From sequence record SRR9188676_1426: DNA of 47,175 bases. One strand, given 5' to 3'. Position 1 is the first letter of the stretch, and every line of letters starts with the position of its first letter. The notes under the pieces are model-generated. The model did not search any database, was not told the origin of the DNA, and saw only the letters and a list, made by a program, of their open reading frames with translations. Below are positions 38,801 to 47,175 of the stretch, in pieces. The position numbers and the translations under genes were made by a program.

Positions 38801-41800
38801 TTTGGAGCCATTACTCGTGCCATTACTTCTGACACAGATTTCGATAATGCCAATATCGAAACGCTTGAATTCTGGATGATGAATCCATTAGTCGATGGAG
38901 AAACAGGTGTTGTAAGAGCCAGTGGCGATTTAGAACTTGACCGCCAAAATAGCCAAAGACGTAACCAAACGGGAGGAAAGTTGATTTTCAACTTAGGAGA
39001 TATTTCTGAAGATGTGATTCCTGATGGTTTCTCAAACTTTGAAAATGGGATTCCAGCAGGTGAGAAAATTATTACTGGTACTTCTGCCAATGTGGAAAGA
39101 ACCGTTTGGGGTTTAGCACCAAAACAGCAATTCGTAACAAACGCATTTTCAAATAATAGTGATAGAAGTTTACAAGATATAGGTTTAGATGGTTTGCCTA
39201 ATAAAGCCTCTGCATCGACAGATGAATTTGACGAACAACGTTTTTTCAGTACTTATCTCAATGAAGTTCGTACAAAAGTAACAGACCAAACAGCTTTGTT
39301 GGAGTTTGAAACTGACCCTGCTGGTGATGACTTCGTACATTATTTGAATGAAAAGTATAACAATACTTCAAGTGTAATTTTGCGTTACAAAAATTACATG
39401 GGTCTTGAAAACAACTCTCCTACCACTGCCGCAACTGCCAATACCAATTCTGGTTATACAGAATCAAGTAATCAGCAACCCGACCGTGAGGATTTGAATA
39501 ACGATAATACCGTTAACGACAACCAAGCTTATTACCAATATGAACTTGATATTAAGCAAGAAAAAATGGTGGTTGGTCAGAATTACATTGTTGATAAAAT
39601 CACTGAAAATGGCGTAGATTGGTTTTTATTCAGAATTCCAATTAAAGATTATACTTCAAAAGTGGGAAATGTAAATGGCTTTAAATCAATGAGATTTATC
39701 CGTACTTTCCTAACAGGTTGGGAACAACCCGTTGTTTTCCGTTTTGCCGCTTTCCAGCTTTCTGGTTTCCAATATCGTAAATATACAGGCGAACTTACAC
39801 CAAGAGGTTTACAGGATGTTCCAGAACCTTATGACGCTAATTTTAGAATTACAACGGTAAATATTGAAGAGAACGGACCAGCAAATAAAGGCGCAAATAC
39901 TGTTCCTTACGCAGTTCCTCCGGGCTTTGTTCGTGACAGAGATATTACGACAATTAGCAATTCTCAGTTGAATGAACAGTCTTTGAGTTTATGCGTTGAC
40001 GGTTTAAGAGATGGAGATTCAAGAGCAGGTTTCAAAAATACTTTGTTTGATTTTATCAATTACAAAAACTTAAGAATGTTTGTTCACATGGACAGCCCAA
40101 ATAATGATGTGGAAGATAAAGTATCTGCCTTCATCAGAATTGGTACAGATTTAACAGACAATTATTACGAAATTGAAACCAAAGGTTTAAAGCAAACGCA
40201 TTATGCAAGTTCAGTTACTTCTGAAGAAGTTTGGCGAGAAGAAAACGAAATTGATATTCCATTCGTCATTATTAAAAGTGTAAAAACTGAAAGAGACAGA
40301 TTAGGAATTAGTTTGAATAGCCCATATCGTAAAGAAGTAATTGGTAATAATGGACATACTTATTTTGTGACGGTTGTAGGTCGTCCAGACCAAAGTGCCA
40401 TCCTAACCACAATGATTGGTGTGCGAAATCCAAAATCAGCAGATGAACAAGCAAAAACATTTTGTATTTGGGTAGATGAATTAAGAGCGTCTGGTTTCGA
40501 CCAAACTTCTGGACAAGCAGCTATCGGAAAATTAGGTTTAAAATTGGCAGATTTCGCCAATGTAACCATGAATGGTTCATTCAAAAACTATGGTTTTGGC
40601 GGAGTACAATCTAAAATTTCTGAACGTGCCAGAGAAACAACCGTTGAATATGGCATTGCAGCTAATATCAATGTCGATAAACTTTTGCCTGAAAAATGGG
40701 GTTTGAAAATTCCTTTGTATGTGAGTTATGACAGAAGAAATGTAAGTCCAACTTTCAATCCGCTCGACCCAGATATTTTATTGGATAGCACACTCGCCAC
40801 CATTACTGACCCTGTAGAACGTGAAAGATACAAAAGAATGGTACAAGATAATTCTGAACGAAAAGGCTTGAACCTAACCAATATCAGAAAAGTCAAGACA
40901 AATCCTACGGCAAAATCTCATGCTTGGGATGTTGAAAACCTGACTTTCACTTATGCTTTTGCAGAATTAAAAAGAAGTAATACAACGATTGATGAGTATA
41001 GACAAACCTCGCATCGTGGTGGACTTACTTATACTTTTACTGGAAATCCAAAGTCGATTGAACCATTCAAAGGCATGAAAAGTAATCATCCTTTATTACG
41101 CTGGGTGAAAGATTTCAACTTGTCACCTTTACCAAATTCTGTTACTTTCAGAGCAGATATGGACAGAAGTTTTGTAAAAACACAATTGCGAAATGCCGAA
41201 GTAACACAATCTGGAAGCAGTGGAATTCCGACATTGACAACTGATGGTGTTGCACCACTTTTTGAAAAATATTGGTTGTTTAATCGTTACTATAATTTAG
41301 GCTGGAATTTAACTAAAAATGTTACTGTAAATTATAATGCTACTGCCAACGCCATCATTGATGAGCCTTATGGAGGTTTGGAAACACAGAAAGACAGAGA
41401 TTCGGTTGCAGCTAATTTAAGACGATTCGGTAGAACAAAAAATTATGACCAACAGATGAATACTGTTTGGCGTTTACCTTTGAATAAATCGCCGTTGACA
41501 GATTGGATGACTGCCGATTATAACCATAAATTCGGTTATACTTATGCTGCCAATTCATATAACATCAAAGATTCTTTGGATTTACCTTTTGGAAATATCA
41601 TTAAAAATACCAGAAACCGAGGCATTACTGGCAAGATAGATTTAGTAGCACTTTATAACAGAGTTCGTGCCTTACGCATTGCCAATCAACCAAGAATTGA
41701 GCGTAAAAATATTGCTAGAAGCCCCGGTGATGATGAAGATATTGTAAAACCACAAGCGAATATCCTGAAAAGTATTACTCGTTTATTAATGACGATTCGT

Positions 41801-43126
41801 GGTATTAACATCAATTATAACATCGACGAATCAACTACTTTGGCTGGTTTCATGCCAAATCCGGGATTATTAGGAATGAACAATCAAAGTTCTGCGCCGG
41901 GTATTGGTTTTATTACAGGTAGCCAAGATGGAGATATTCGTTTCAGAGCAGCTGAAAATGGTTGGCTTACCAAAAGTACTGTGCAAAATGTACCTTTTTT
42001 ACAAACGAGAACACAAAACTTAACTTATAGAAGTGCTTTAGAACCTTTCAGAGATTTTAAAATTCAGTTGGAAGGAAAATGGAGTAGATCGGATAATTAT
42101 CAGGAATTTTTCAGACCAGCCACCGTTGGTGGTGAATATCAAAGTCAAAGTCCAGTTCGTTCAGGGAATTACAGCATGTCATTTTTATCATTCTTAACAA
42201 CATTCGACAGTAATTCTCCAGATGATAATTCAGTAATTTTCAACCGTTTTAGAAGTTATCGACAAATTATTTTAAATCGTTTAAATGCACAAAAAGCAGG
42301 TTCTGGCGAATACAATGTTAATTCTCAAGATGTATTAATTCCTGCATTTTTTGCGGCATATAGTGGTGTTTCGCCCAACAAAGTAAGCTTCTCTCCTTTT
42401 GTGAATTTACCACTTCCAAATTGGCGTGTTGATTATAACGGTTTAGCAAATATTGGTTGGTTTAAAAGAACGTTCTCTAACATTTCAATCAGTCATGCTT
42501 ATACTTCAACTTATAGTGTTGGAAATTTTGTGTCGTCTTTAGAATATACCGACCCGTTCCAATTGAACTTGAATAATTTGATGTATCCGCTTTCATCTAA
42601 AGTAAATTCGGATGGTACTTTGATTCCAGTTTTTGTGATGAGTACGATAAAATTTGAAGAGCGCTTTGCGCCATTTATTGGTTTTAATGCCATCACCAAA
42701 AGTAAAATTTCTTTAAAAATTGAATATAATCAAGACAGAAATGTAGGGTTAAACTTGGCAAATTCACAAGTAAATGAACTTTCAAATAAAGATTTAACGG
42801 TTGGAATGGGCTTTACCAGAGCAAATATGTTGGTGCCTTTCAGAGTAAATGGACGAAGAGTAAGATTGCCAAACGATTTGAAATTCAGTGCAAATTTAAC
42901 CATTCGTGATACAAGAACTATTCAAAGGAAATTGGATGCTGAAACGGTAGTTACTCAAGGATTTATGAATTTCCAGTTCCGTCCACAAGCAAGTTATAAT
43001 GTCAATAAAAGGCTGAGTGTGAATGTTTACTTTGATAAAATGTTTAATAATCCGTTTGTTTCAAACTCTTATTATCGTTCAACAATTGCGGCAGGTTTCC
43101 AAGTAAGATTCAGTTTATCCGAATAA
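35864..43126 (+). CDS. sprA: Type IX secretion/gliding outer-membrane translocon SprA
   Basis: 2420 aa; IDRIFGG, YDENRHFFL, WDLMMKNVY, FNLGDISED, NEQSL, DVLIPAF; C-terminal aromatic beta-strand; ruvA-sprA-gcvH gene order. Confidence 0.93.
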   Translation: MQRKKFYLLSGGLILSVFASLAWVSPMRGTAYQLTNKNARVIFSSYLADTLKKSGRRPRYKLKDRYANRFTNKTATSPFSPKDSKELNTEFRLDSSGKISVYEKIRGLSDNTQYRPAEQISIKDYSTLQENRFMRDYWRKYAAAQDGKDDTKGRGLLPKIELPPAIDRIFGGAQVDFKPNGNILLDIGYIGQFIDNPAIPVQQRYIGNLNFTEQAQINFQGKIGDKLNINTNFDTKASFNFQNQLKLNWRTNEEDILQNIEVGNTSWQLNSQLIPGVQNLFGLKTLMRFGNLDVTTVLAQQRSKQDCITLRGGSQGKNFEIKASAYDENRHFFLSTFFRNNYERSLKNLPIITSGITITRVEVYVTNRTQSPETLRNLVAFSDLGEANPYNKTSKYIRPFNGSTQTPVDNANNGLYAATRADAEVRKADQATFRLQNEFGLSKGTDFDLLRGAKRLSDREYKFSPELGYISLITPLRNDEVLAVSYEYTLNGQRHQVGELTEDYQDQADDKVLILKMLKSSTVRNNLEHPMWDLMMKNVYSLNTQQLSKQAFQLRVVYKDDQTGVDNPNLQEGRKLKDVPLIRVLGLDKLNQNGDAQVDGNFDFVEGVTIDSKNAKVIFPVLEPFGSTLQKQFDVDEVQLVDKYVFDKLYRSTQTDAAQLTSKDKFFLKGSYQSAGGGDVSLPIGVDAKSVQVSAGGVPLAAGTDYIVEPQSGRVRILNVGVSNSGREIKICYEKPDLFNNQIRTLLGTHLDYTVGQNFHLGATIQHMKESPPNFLTRVQIGNEPVNNTIFGFDAAIQRPSKFLTKLVDALPLISTKETSGIDFQGEFAQLIPSVNNDVQGNAFIDDFEVARNVFSLSNQATAWKPGATPLMFPQGSPNSLESGFKRAKISAYIADFSLYGNNGSNINVPGLNAEESGKYAYERAVSITSLFPNRQLANNITGIPLGVLDVAYFPSERGIYNFSTSLTDRGFLNNPTQNFGAITRAITSDTDFDNANIETLEFWMMNPLVDGETGVVRASGDLELDRQNSQRRNQTGGKLIFNLGDISEDVIPDGFSNFENGIPAGEKIITGTSANVERTVWGLAPKQQFVTNAFSNNSDRSLQDIGLDGLPNKASASTDEFDEQRFFSTYLNEVRTKVTDQTALLEFETDPAGDDFVHYLNEKYNNTSSVILRYKNYMGLENNSPTTAATANTNSGYTESSNQQPDREDLNNDNTVNDNQAYYQYELDIKQEKMVVGQNYIVDKITENGVDWFLFRIPIKDYTSKVGNVNGFKSMRFIRTFLTGWEQPVVFRFAAFQLSGFQYRKYTGELTPRGLQDVPEPYDANFRITTVNIEENGPANKGANTVPYAVPPGFVRDRDITTISNSQLNEQSLSLCVDGLRDGDSRAGFKNTLFDFINYKNLRMFVHMDSPNNDVEDKVSAFIRIGTDLTDNYYEIETKGLKQTHYASSVTSEEVWREENEIDIPFVIIKSVKTERDRLGISLNSPYRKEVIGNNGHTYFVTVVGRPDQSAILTTMIGVRNPKSADEQAKTFCIWVDELRASGFDQTSGQAAIGKLGLKLADFANVTMNGSFKNYGFGGVQSKISERARETTVEYGIAANINVDKLLPEKWGLKIPLYVSYDRRNVSPTFNPLDPDILLDSTLATITDPVERERYKRMVQDNSERKGLNLTNIRKVKTNPTAKSHAWDVENLTFTYAFAELKRSNTTIDEYRQTSHRGGLTYTFTGNPKSIEPFKGMKSNHPLLRWVKDFNLSPLPNSVTFRADMDRSFVKTQLRNAEVTQSGSSGIPTLTTDGVAPLFEKYWLFNRYYNLGWNLTKNVTVNYNATANAIIDEPYGGLETQKDRDSVAANLRRFGRTKNYDQQMNTVWRLPLNKSPLTDWMTADYNHKFGYTYAANSYNIKDSLDLPFGNIIKNTRNRGITGKIDLVALYNRVRALRIANQPRIERKNIARSPGDDEDIVKPQANILKSITRLLMTIRGININYNIDESTTLAGFMPNPGLLGMNNQSSAPGIGFITGSQDGDIRFRAAENGWLTKSTVQNVPFLQTRTQNLTYRSALEPFRDFKIQLEGKWSRSDNYQEFFRPATVGGEYQSQSPVRSGNYSMSFLSFLTTFDSNSPDDNSVIFNRFRSYRQIILNRLNAQKAGSGEYNVNSQDVLIPAFFAAYSGVSPNKVSFSPFVNLPLPNWRVDYNGLANIGWFKRTFSNISISHAYTSTYSVGNFVSSLEYTDPFQLNLNNLMYPLSSKVNSDGTLIPVFVMSTIKFEERFAPFIGFNAITKSKISLKIEYNQDRNVGLNLANSQVNELSNKDLTVGMGFTRANMLVPFRVNGRRVRLPNDLKFSANLTIRDTRTIQRKLDAETVVTQGFMNFQFRPQASYNVNKRLSVNVYFDKMFNNPFVSNSYYRSTIAAGFQVRFSLSE

Positions 43127-43220
43127 ATCATCAACAAGATTGATTCGTAAGCTTTTTGAACTTTACTAATTTTAATTTAACTTGCGCCCCAATTCAAAAA
43201 TCAACAAAAAACCGACAGAG

Positions 43221-43601
43221 ATGAATTTTCCAGCAGAGCTTCGTTATACAAAAGAACACGAATGGGTAAAATTAGAAGGTGATATTGCTACAGTAGGCAT
43301 CACAGATTTTGCACAAAGTGAATTAGGTGATATTGTATATGTAGAAATTGAAACAGGAGGACAAACCTTAGCACAAGACGAAATTTTTGGTTCAGTAGAA
43401 GCCGTTAAAACTGTTTCTGATTTATTTTTACCAATCGCTGGTGAAATTTTAGAAGTAAACGAGGCTTTGGTTAATGCGCCTGAATTAGTAAATTCTGACC
43501 CTTTTGGTGAAGGTTGGATGATTAAAATGAAGGTTGCTAACATCGCTGATGTTGAAGCTTTGATGGATGCAGATACTTACAAAGAACACGTTGGACATTA
43601 A
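43221..43601 (+). CDS. gcvH: Glycine cleavage system H protein
   Basis: [23 protein letters not shown], lipoyl site [18 protein letters not shown] 43221. Confidence 0.96.
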   Translation: MNFPAELRYTKEHEWVKLEGDIATVGITDFAQSELGDIVYVEIETGGQTLAQDEIFGSVEAVKTVSDLFLPIAGEILEVNEALVNAPELVNSDPFGEGWMIKMKVANIADVEALMDADTYKEHVGH

Positions 43602-43620
43602 TCCAAAACAGATACTTTAT

Positions 43621-43648
43621 AAAGCCCTGACAATCAGGGCTTTTTTTT
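43621..43648 (+). terminator. Intrinsic terminator after gcvH
   Basis: AAAGCCCTGA caa TCAGGGCTTT followed by T-tract. Confidence 0.85.
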
Positions 43649-43708
43649 GATACAAAAAGCCCAAGATCAAAACAATCTCTTTTTTTCAATCTGTGGTAAA
43701 ACATAAAT

Positions 43709-44977
43709 ATGAAAACTCTTATTCGTTCCGTTAAAATAGTTAGTAAAAACAGCGACCTCAACGGTCAGGTGAAAGATATTTTTGTCGAAAATGGTAACAT
43801 TCTTCACATTGAAAATGACATCAATTTAGAAGCTGATGAAATCATTGAAGGTAAAAATATTTGTGTATCAATTGGTTGGTTCGATTTGCGAGTTCATCCA
43901 AAAGAACCTGGCAACGAATACAAAGAGAGTTTTCAATCGATGGAAGCAGCAGCCTTAGCTGGTGGTTTTTCTGAAATCGCTTTATTGCCTAATACCAAGC
44001 CTGTTGTTCAATCTCGTGAGAGTGTCAATTATTTGAAAAGAGCTGGTGAAAAAATCAAGTTTCACCCAATGGCGGCAGTTACGTTAAAATGCGAAGGAAA
44101 AGATTTCACTGAAATGATTGACCTTCACCAAGCGGGTGCAGTAGCTTTTACAGATGGTGAACATCCAATTCAAAATCCAGATATTTTCTTAAAAACATTA
44201 CAATACCTTTCACAATTTGGTGGAGTACTTATCAATCGTCCCGAAGATAGCAATCTTACTCATTTCGGACAAATGCACGATGGTATTATGAGTACGTTTT
44301 TAGGCATGAAAGGAATGCCACAAATGGCAGAAGAAATTATGCTAATGCGTGATTTAAAACTATTGGAATATGTTTTGAATACGCCTTTTACAGAATTGCC
44401 TGTAGATAAAAGTATTTTACATTTCTCTGGAATCTCTTCTGCTGAATCAGTCAATTTAATCAGAATGGGTAAAGATATTGGCTTGCCAATTACTTGTGAT
44501 GTTTATGCGCATCAGCTTTGCTTTACCGAAAATGATTTGGCAGATTTCAACACCAATTTCAAAGTAAATCCTCCTTTCCGTACACAAGAAGACCTTGATG
44601 CACTTTGGGAAGGTTTAGAAGATGGAACAATTGACGCCATCGCTTCTGACCATAATCCGCAAGACGAAGAATCTAAAAAATTAGAATTCGACATGGCTGA
44701 ATTTGGCGTAATTGGTTTAGAAACCCTTTTCGCAGCTATCAATACTTATAACGAAAAAATTTCGCTAGAAGAATTGATTGAAAAAATCACCGTGAATCCT
44801 CGCAAAATACTCCAACTTCCTATTCCAAGCATTGCAGTTGGAGAAAAAGCCAATTTGACTGTTTTCTCTGAAGATGAAGAATGGGTTTATCGTGAGAAAA
44901 AAATCATTTCTGCTTCTAAAAACTCTCCTTTTATCGGCAAAACATTAAGAGGAAAAGCGATAAGAGTAATTATTTAG
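43709..44977 (+). CDS. pyrC: Dihydroorotase-like amidohydrolase, probably catalytically impaired (PyrC'-like)
   Basis: EPG.E.KE, AA.AGGF, PNT.P, KVNPPFR, IASDH.P, GLET, SKNSPF; metal-ligand positions substituted. Confidence 0.8.
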   Translation: MKTLIRSVKIVSKNSDLNGQVKDIFVENGNILHIENDINLEADEIIEGKNICVSIGWFDLRVHPKEPGNEYKESFQSMEAAALAGGFSEIALLPNTKPVVQSRESVNYLKRAGEKIKFHPMAAVTLKCEGKDFTEMIDLHQAGAVAFTDGEHPIQNPDIFLKTLQYLSQFGGVLINRPEDSNLTHFGQMHDGIMSTFLGMKGMPQMAEEIMLMRDLKLLEYVLNTPFTELPVDKSILHFSGISSAESVNLIRMGKDIGLPITCDVYAHQLCFTENDLADFNTNFKVNPPFRTQEDLDALWEGLEDGTIDAIASDHNPQDEESKKLEFDMAEFGVIGLETLFAAINTYNEKISLEELIEKITVNPRKILQLPIPSIAVGEKANLTVFSEDEEWVYREKKIISASKNSPFIGKTLRGKAIRVII

Positions 44978-45106
44978 CTATGAGCCTTGAGATGTAAGCT
45001 TTGAGTTTTTATACAATTAAAAGTTAAAGGCTTTTATAACAAGTTTTTTTGGCAATGATTTTCTTGACATACAAAAAAGCTGATAGCTCACTTCTCAAAG
45101 CTAAAT
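44978..45106. repeat. Degenerate heptamer arrays in inverted orientation
   Basis: CTATGAG CCTTGAG ATGTAAG CTTTGAG (44978-45005) and GCTGATA GCTCACT TCTCAAA GCTAAAT (45079-45106). Confidence 0.5.
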
Positions 45107-45127
45107 CATCATTTTACCAACACAAAA

Positions 45128-45679
45128 ATGTTTAACAAATCGTTCACAAAAACAATTATCATATACGGTTTTATTGCTGGGCTACTTACTTTGGCGTACT
45201 GTCTGTTGATTAATAATTTAGGGCAAATTCCTTTGGATGGCAAAAAAGCACCTTCAATGTTTTTCAGCATTATTGTGATGGTTTTGGCTGTAAAAAATTA
45301 TCGCAAGAGTAATCCTGATGAAACACTTCATTTTTGGGAAGGATTTGCCGTAGCTAATCTGACCAATATTTTCGGAGCTTGTGTGAGTGCTTTGGGTTTA
45401 TACTTTTGGTTAAGTGCTAGTGGAAATACTATTTTAGCAGATTATATCAAGCAGACAATTGATATGCTGAATGTTCCAGCCGTAAAAAACGGCTACGTTA
45501 AAGAAATGGGAATTGCATCTTTTAATACAATTGTTGAAGCTTTTAAAATCTTATCCCCGAAAGACATCGCTATCGACGAAATAATTGGCTTAAAAGGAAA
45601 AACTCCATTGGGTGTCTTAGTTTCTATTATGATTTCTTTGTATTTTAGAAGACAATATCAATACATAAAAAAACCTTAA
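45128..45679 (+). CDS. DUF4199-like membrane protein
   Basis: Four hydrophobic segments with a soluble loop before the last; L.FWEGF pattern. Confidence 0.7.
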   Translation: MFNKSFTKTIIIYGFIAGLLTLAYCLLINNLGQIPLDGKKAPSMFFSIIVMVLAVKNYRKSNPDETLHFWEGFAVANLTNIFGACVSALGLYFWLSASGNTILADYIKQTIDMLNVPAVKNGYVKEMGIASFNTIVEAFKILSPKDIAIDEIIGLKGKTPLGVLVSIMISLYFRRQYQYIKKP

Positions 45680-45682
45680 ACA

Positions 45683-46216
45683 ATGGAAAGCCAAACTACA
45701 ACTACCAGAATTGCCTTAAAATGGGGACTTATTGCAGGAATTATCTCCATTATTTTATCTGTCGCTACACAACTTTTAGGCATTAAAAACAGTGAAAACA
45801 CATCCATAGTTTTCTTTTTATCTTTAATCTCTTTTGCTTTCACTTGTTTGATACAAGTATTAGCCATGAACGACTACAAGAGTCAAAACAATGGCTATAT
45901 GAGCTACAGTGAAGGTTTAGGAATTGGTTTACTTTCTGGTACTATTTGGGGTGTTGTATCTGGGGGGTTCAATATTATTTATGTGAAATACATTGATAAT
46001 TCAGATATGGTAAAACAAGCCAATGTAATGAGACAAAGAATGGAAGAACAAGGTGCTACGGATGCACAGATGGAACTGAATGAAAAAATGATTGCTTATT
46101 TAACTGACCCTAGTTTTTTATTTATTATTAATGTTATAGTTGGATTTATAGGTGGTTTAATCGTTTCTTTGGTAATTTCTGCCATTCTTAAAAAAGAAAA
46201 ATCAATTTTTGAATAA
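45683..46216 (+). CDS. DUF4199 family membrane protein
   Basis: ALKWGLI, YK..NNGYMSYSEG, Y.KYID, GLIVSLVISAILKK. Confidence 0.8.
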   Translation: MESQTTTTRIALKWGLIAGIISIILSVATQLLGIKNSENTSIVFFLSLISFAFTCLIQVLAMNDYKSQNNGYMSYSEGLGIGLLSGTIWGVVSGGFNIIYVKYIDNSDMVKQANVMRQRMEEQGATDAQMELNEKMIAYLTDPSFLFIINVIVGFIGGLIVSLVISAILKKEKSIFE

Positions 46217-46281
46217 TCTTTCCTAAGCTGTAGAGTTATTGATAGCAGAGCACAGAATTCATTATCAAATTTAAAATTACC

Positions 46282-47004
46282 ATGTATCAAATCTTCAAAA
46301 AAGAAGTAAATACTTTCCTAAGTTCAATTGTTGGTTATATCGTTATCGGTGTTTTTTTTACCGCAACAGGATTGTTCGTATGGTTTTTTAAAGATAATAT
46401 TCTTGATTATGGCTTTGCAGATTTATCTTCATTCTTTCAGATTGCTCCTTTTATTTTCTTGTTTTTGATTCCTGCTACTACGATGCGAGCTTTTGCAGAA
46501 GAAGTAAAATCTGGCACGATTGAATTACTCTTTACCAAACCACTTTCAACTTGGCAAATCATTTTAGGAAAATACTTTGCGAGTTGTTATCTAGTTTTTC
46601 TAGCGCTTTTACCCACTACTTTATACTATTATTCGGTTTATCAACTAGGAAATCCGCAAGGAAATATTGATTCTGCTGCTGTATTGAGTTCATATTTAGG
46701 TTTATTCTTTTTGGCTTGTGTTTTTGCGGCAATTGGTATATTTACTTCTTCTTTGACAGACAACCAAGTAACAGCTTTTATTTTAGCATTTACCATTTGT
46801 TTGATTCTTTACTATGGAATCGGGCAATTAGCACAATTGTCTTTCTTGGGTGATTTTGCCTATATTTTTGCTCAATTTGGTTTAGATTATCAATATGATG
46901 CACTTGGAAGAGGTTTGATTGATTCTAGAAATGTTATTTATTTTATTTCGGTCATTTTCTTAGCTCTTTGGGGGACTAAATTGAAATTATCGACGATTAG
47001 GTAG
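46282..47004 (+). CDS. gldF: Gliding motility ABC transporter permease GldF
   Basis: IFKKEVN.F.SS..GY, FLIPA.TMR.FAEE.KSGTIELL.TKP, GNID, T.NQV.AF, RG.IDSR..IYF. Confidence 0.92.
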   Translation: MYQIFKKEVNTFLSSIVGYIVIGVFFTATGLFVWFFKDNILDYGFADLSSFFQIAPFIFLFLIPATTMRAFAEEVKSGTIELLFTKPLSTWQIILGKYFASCYLVFLALLPTTLYYYSVYQLGNPQGNIDSAAVLSSYLGLFFLACVFAAIGIFTSSLTDNQVTAFILAFTICLILYYGIGQLAQLSFLGDFAYIFAQFGLDYQYDALGRGLIDSRNVIYFISVIFLALWGTKLKLSTIR

Positions 47005-47175
47005 AGACTTCTAGGACTTAAAGACTTTAGGATTTGAGGACACAAGAAGAAAGATTTTAGAGTCAAGATTGGAGGACTATAAGATTTCAAGATATAAGCT
47101 TTTAGAAGTCAATTATTTGATATAATTATCCTAAGAGGACAAAACCACAACTCACTAAATCACTCATTCACAATT
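47005..47175. repeat. Degenerate octamer arrays downstream of gldF
   Basis: AGGACTTA AAGACTTT AGGATTTG AGGACACA...AAGATTGG AGGACTAT AAGATTTC AAGATATA, then CACAACT CACTAAAT CACTCATT CACAATT. Confidence 0.55.

Noticed and set aside
47005-47175. CRISPR array
   Set aside because: No 23-47 bp conserved repeats with unique spacers and no cas genes.

Overview
AT-rich chromosomal window from a Bacteroidota bacterium. TAnnTTTG promoters, sprA and gldF support the phylum; Cytophagales is an inference. The left half (2589-24489) is an accessory sugar-catabolic locus under a DeoR-family regulator. It encodes an L-fucose/L-arabinose-isomerase-family enzyme, a split transketolase, a GlpK-like FGGY kinase with an altered substrate pocket, an RbsABC-type ABC importer with a DUF2291 protein, an apiosidase-like (DUF5060/DUF4038) hydrolase, GH127/146 and GH106 hydrolases, and two secreted DUF1593 nucleoside-hydrolase-like paralogs. 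It has no SusC/SusD. The gene set best fits non-oxidative (transketolase) catabolism of D-apiose released from apiose-rich pectins or glycosides, and the DUF1593 proteins are candidate new furanosidases; both points are inference. A decaying small-ORF+HNH module is inserted antisense inside the operon. The right half is mostly core genome: FAD/Fe-S oxidoreductase, ABC permease, mdh, DUF1232, tatA, gatA, mltD-like, ruvA, sprA, gcvH, a dihydroorotase-like protein that has lost most metal ligands, two DUF4199 proteins and gldF. Many intrinsic terminators and several degenerate 7/8-nt intergenic arrays are present. No rRNA, tRNA, CRISPR array or transposase was seen.
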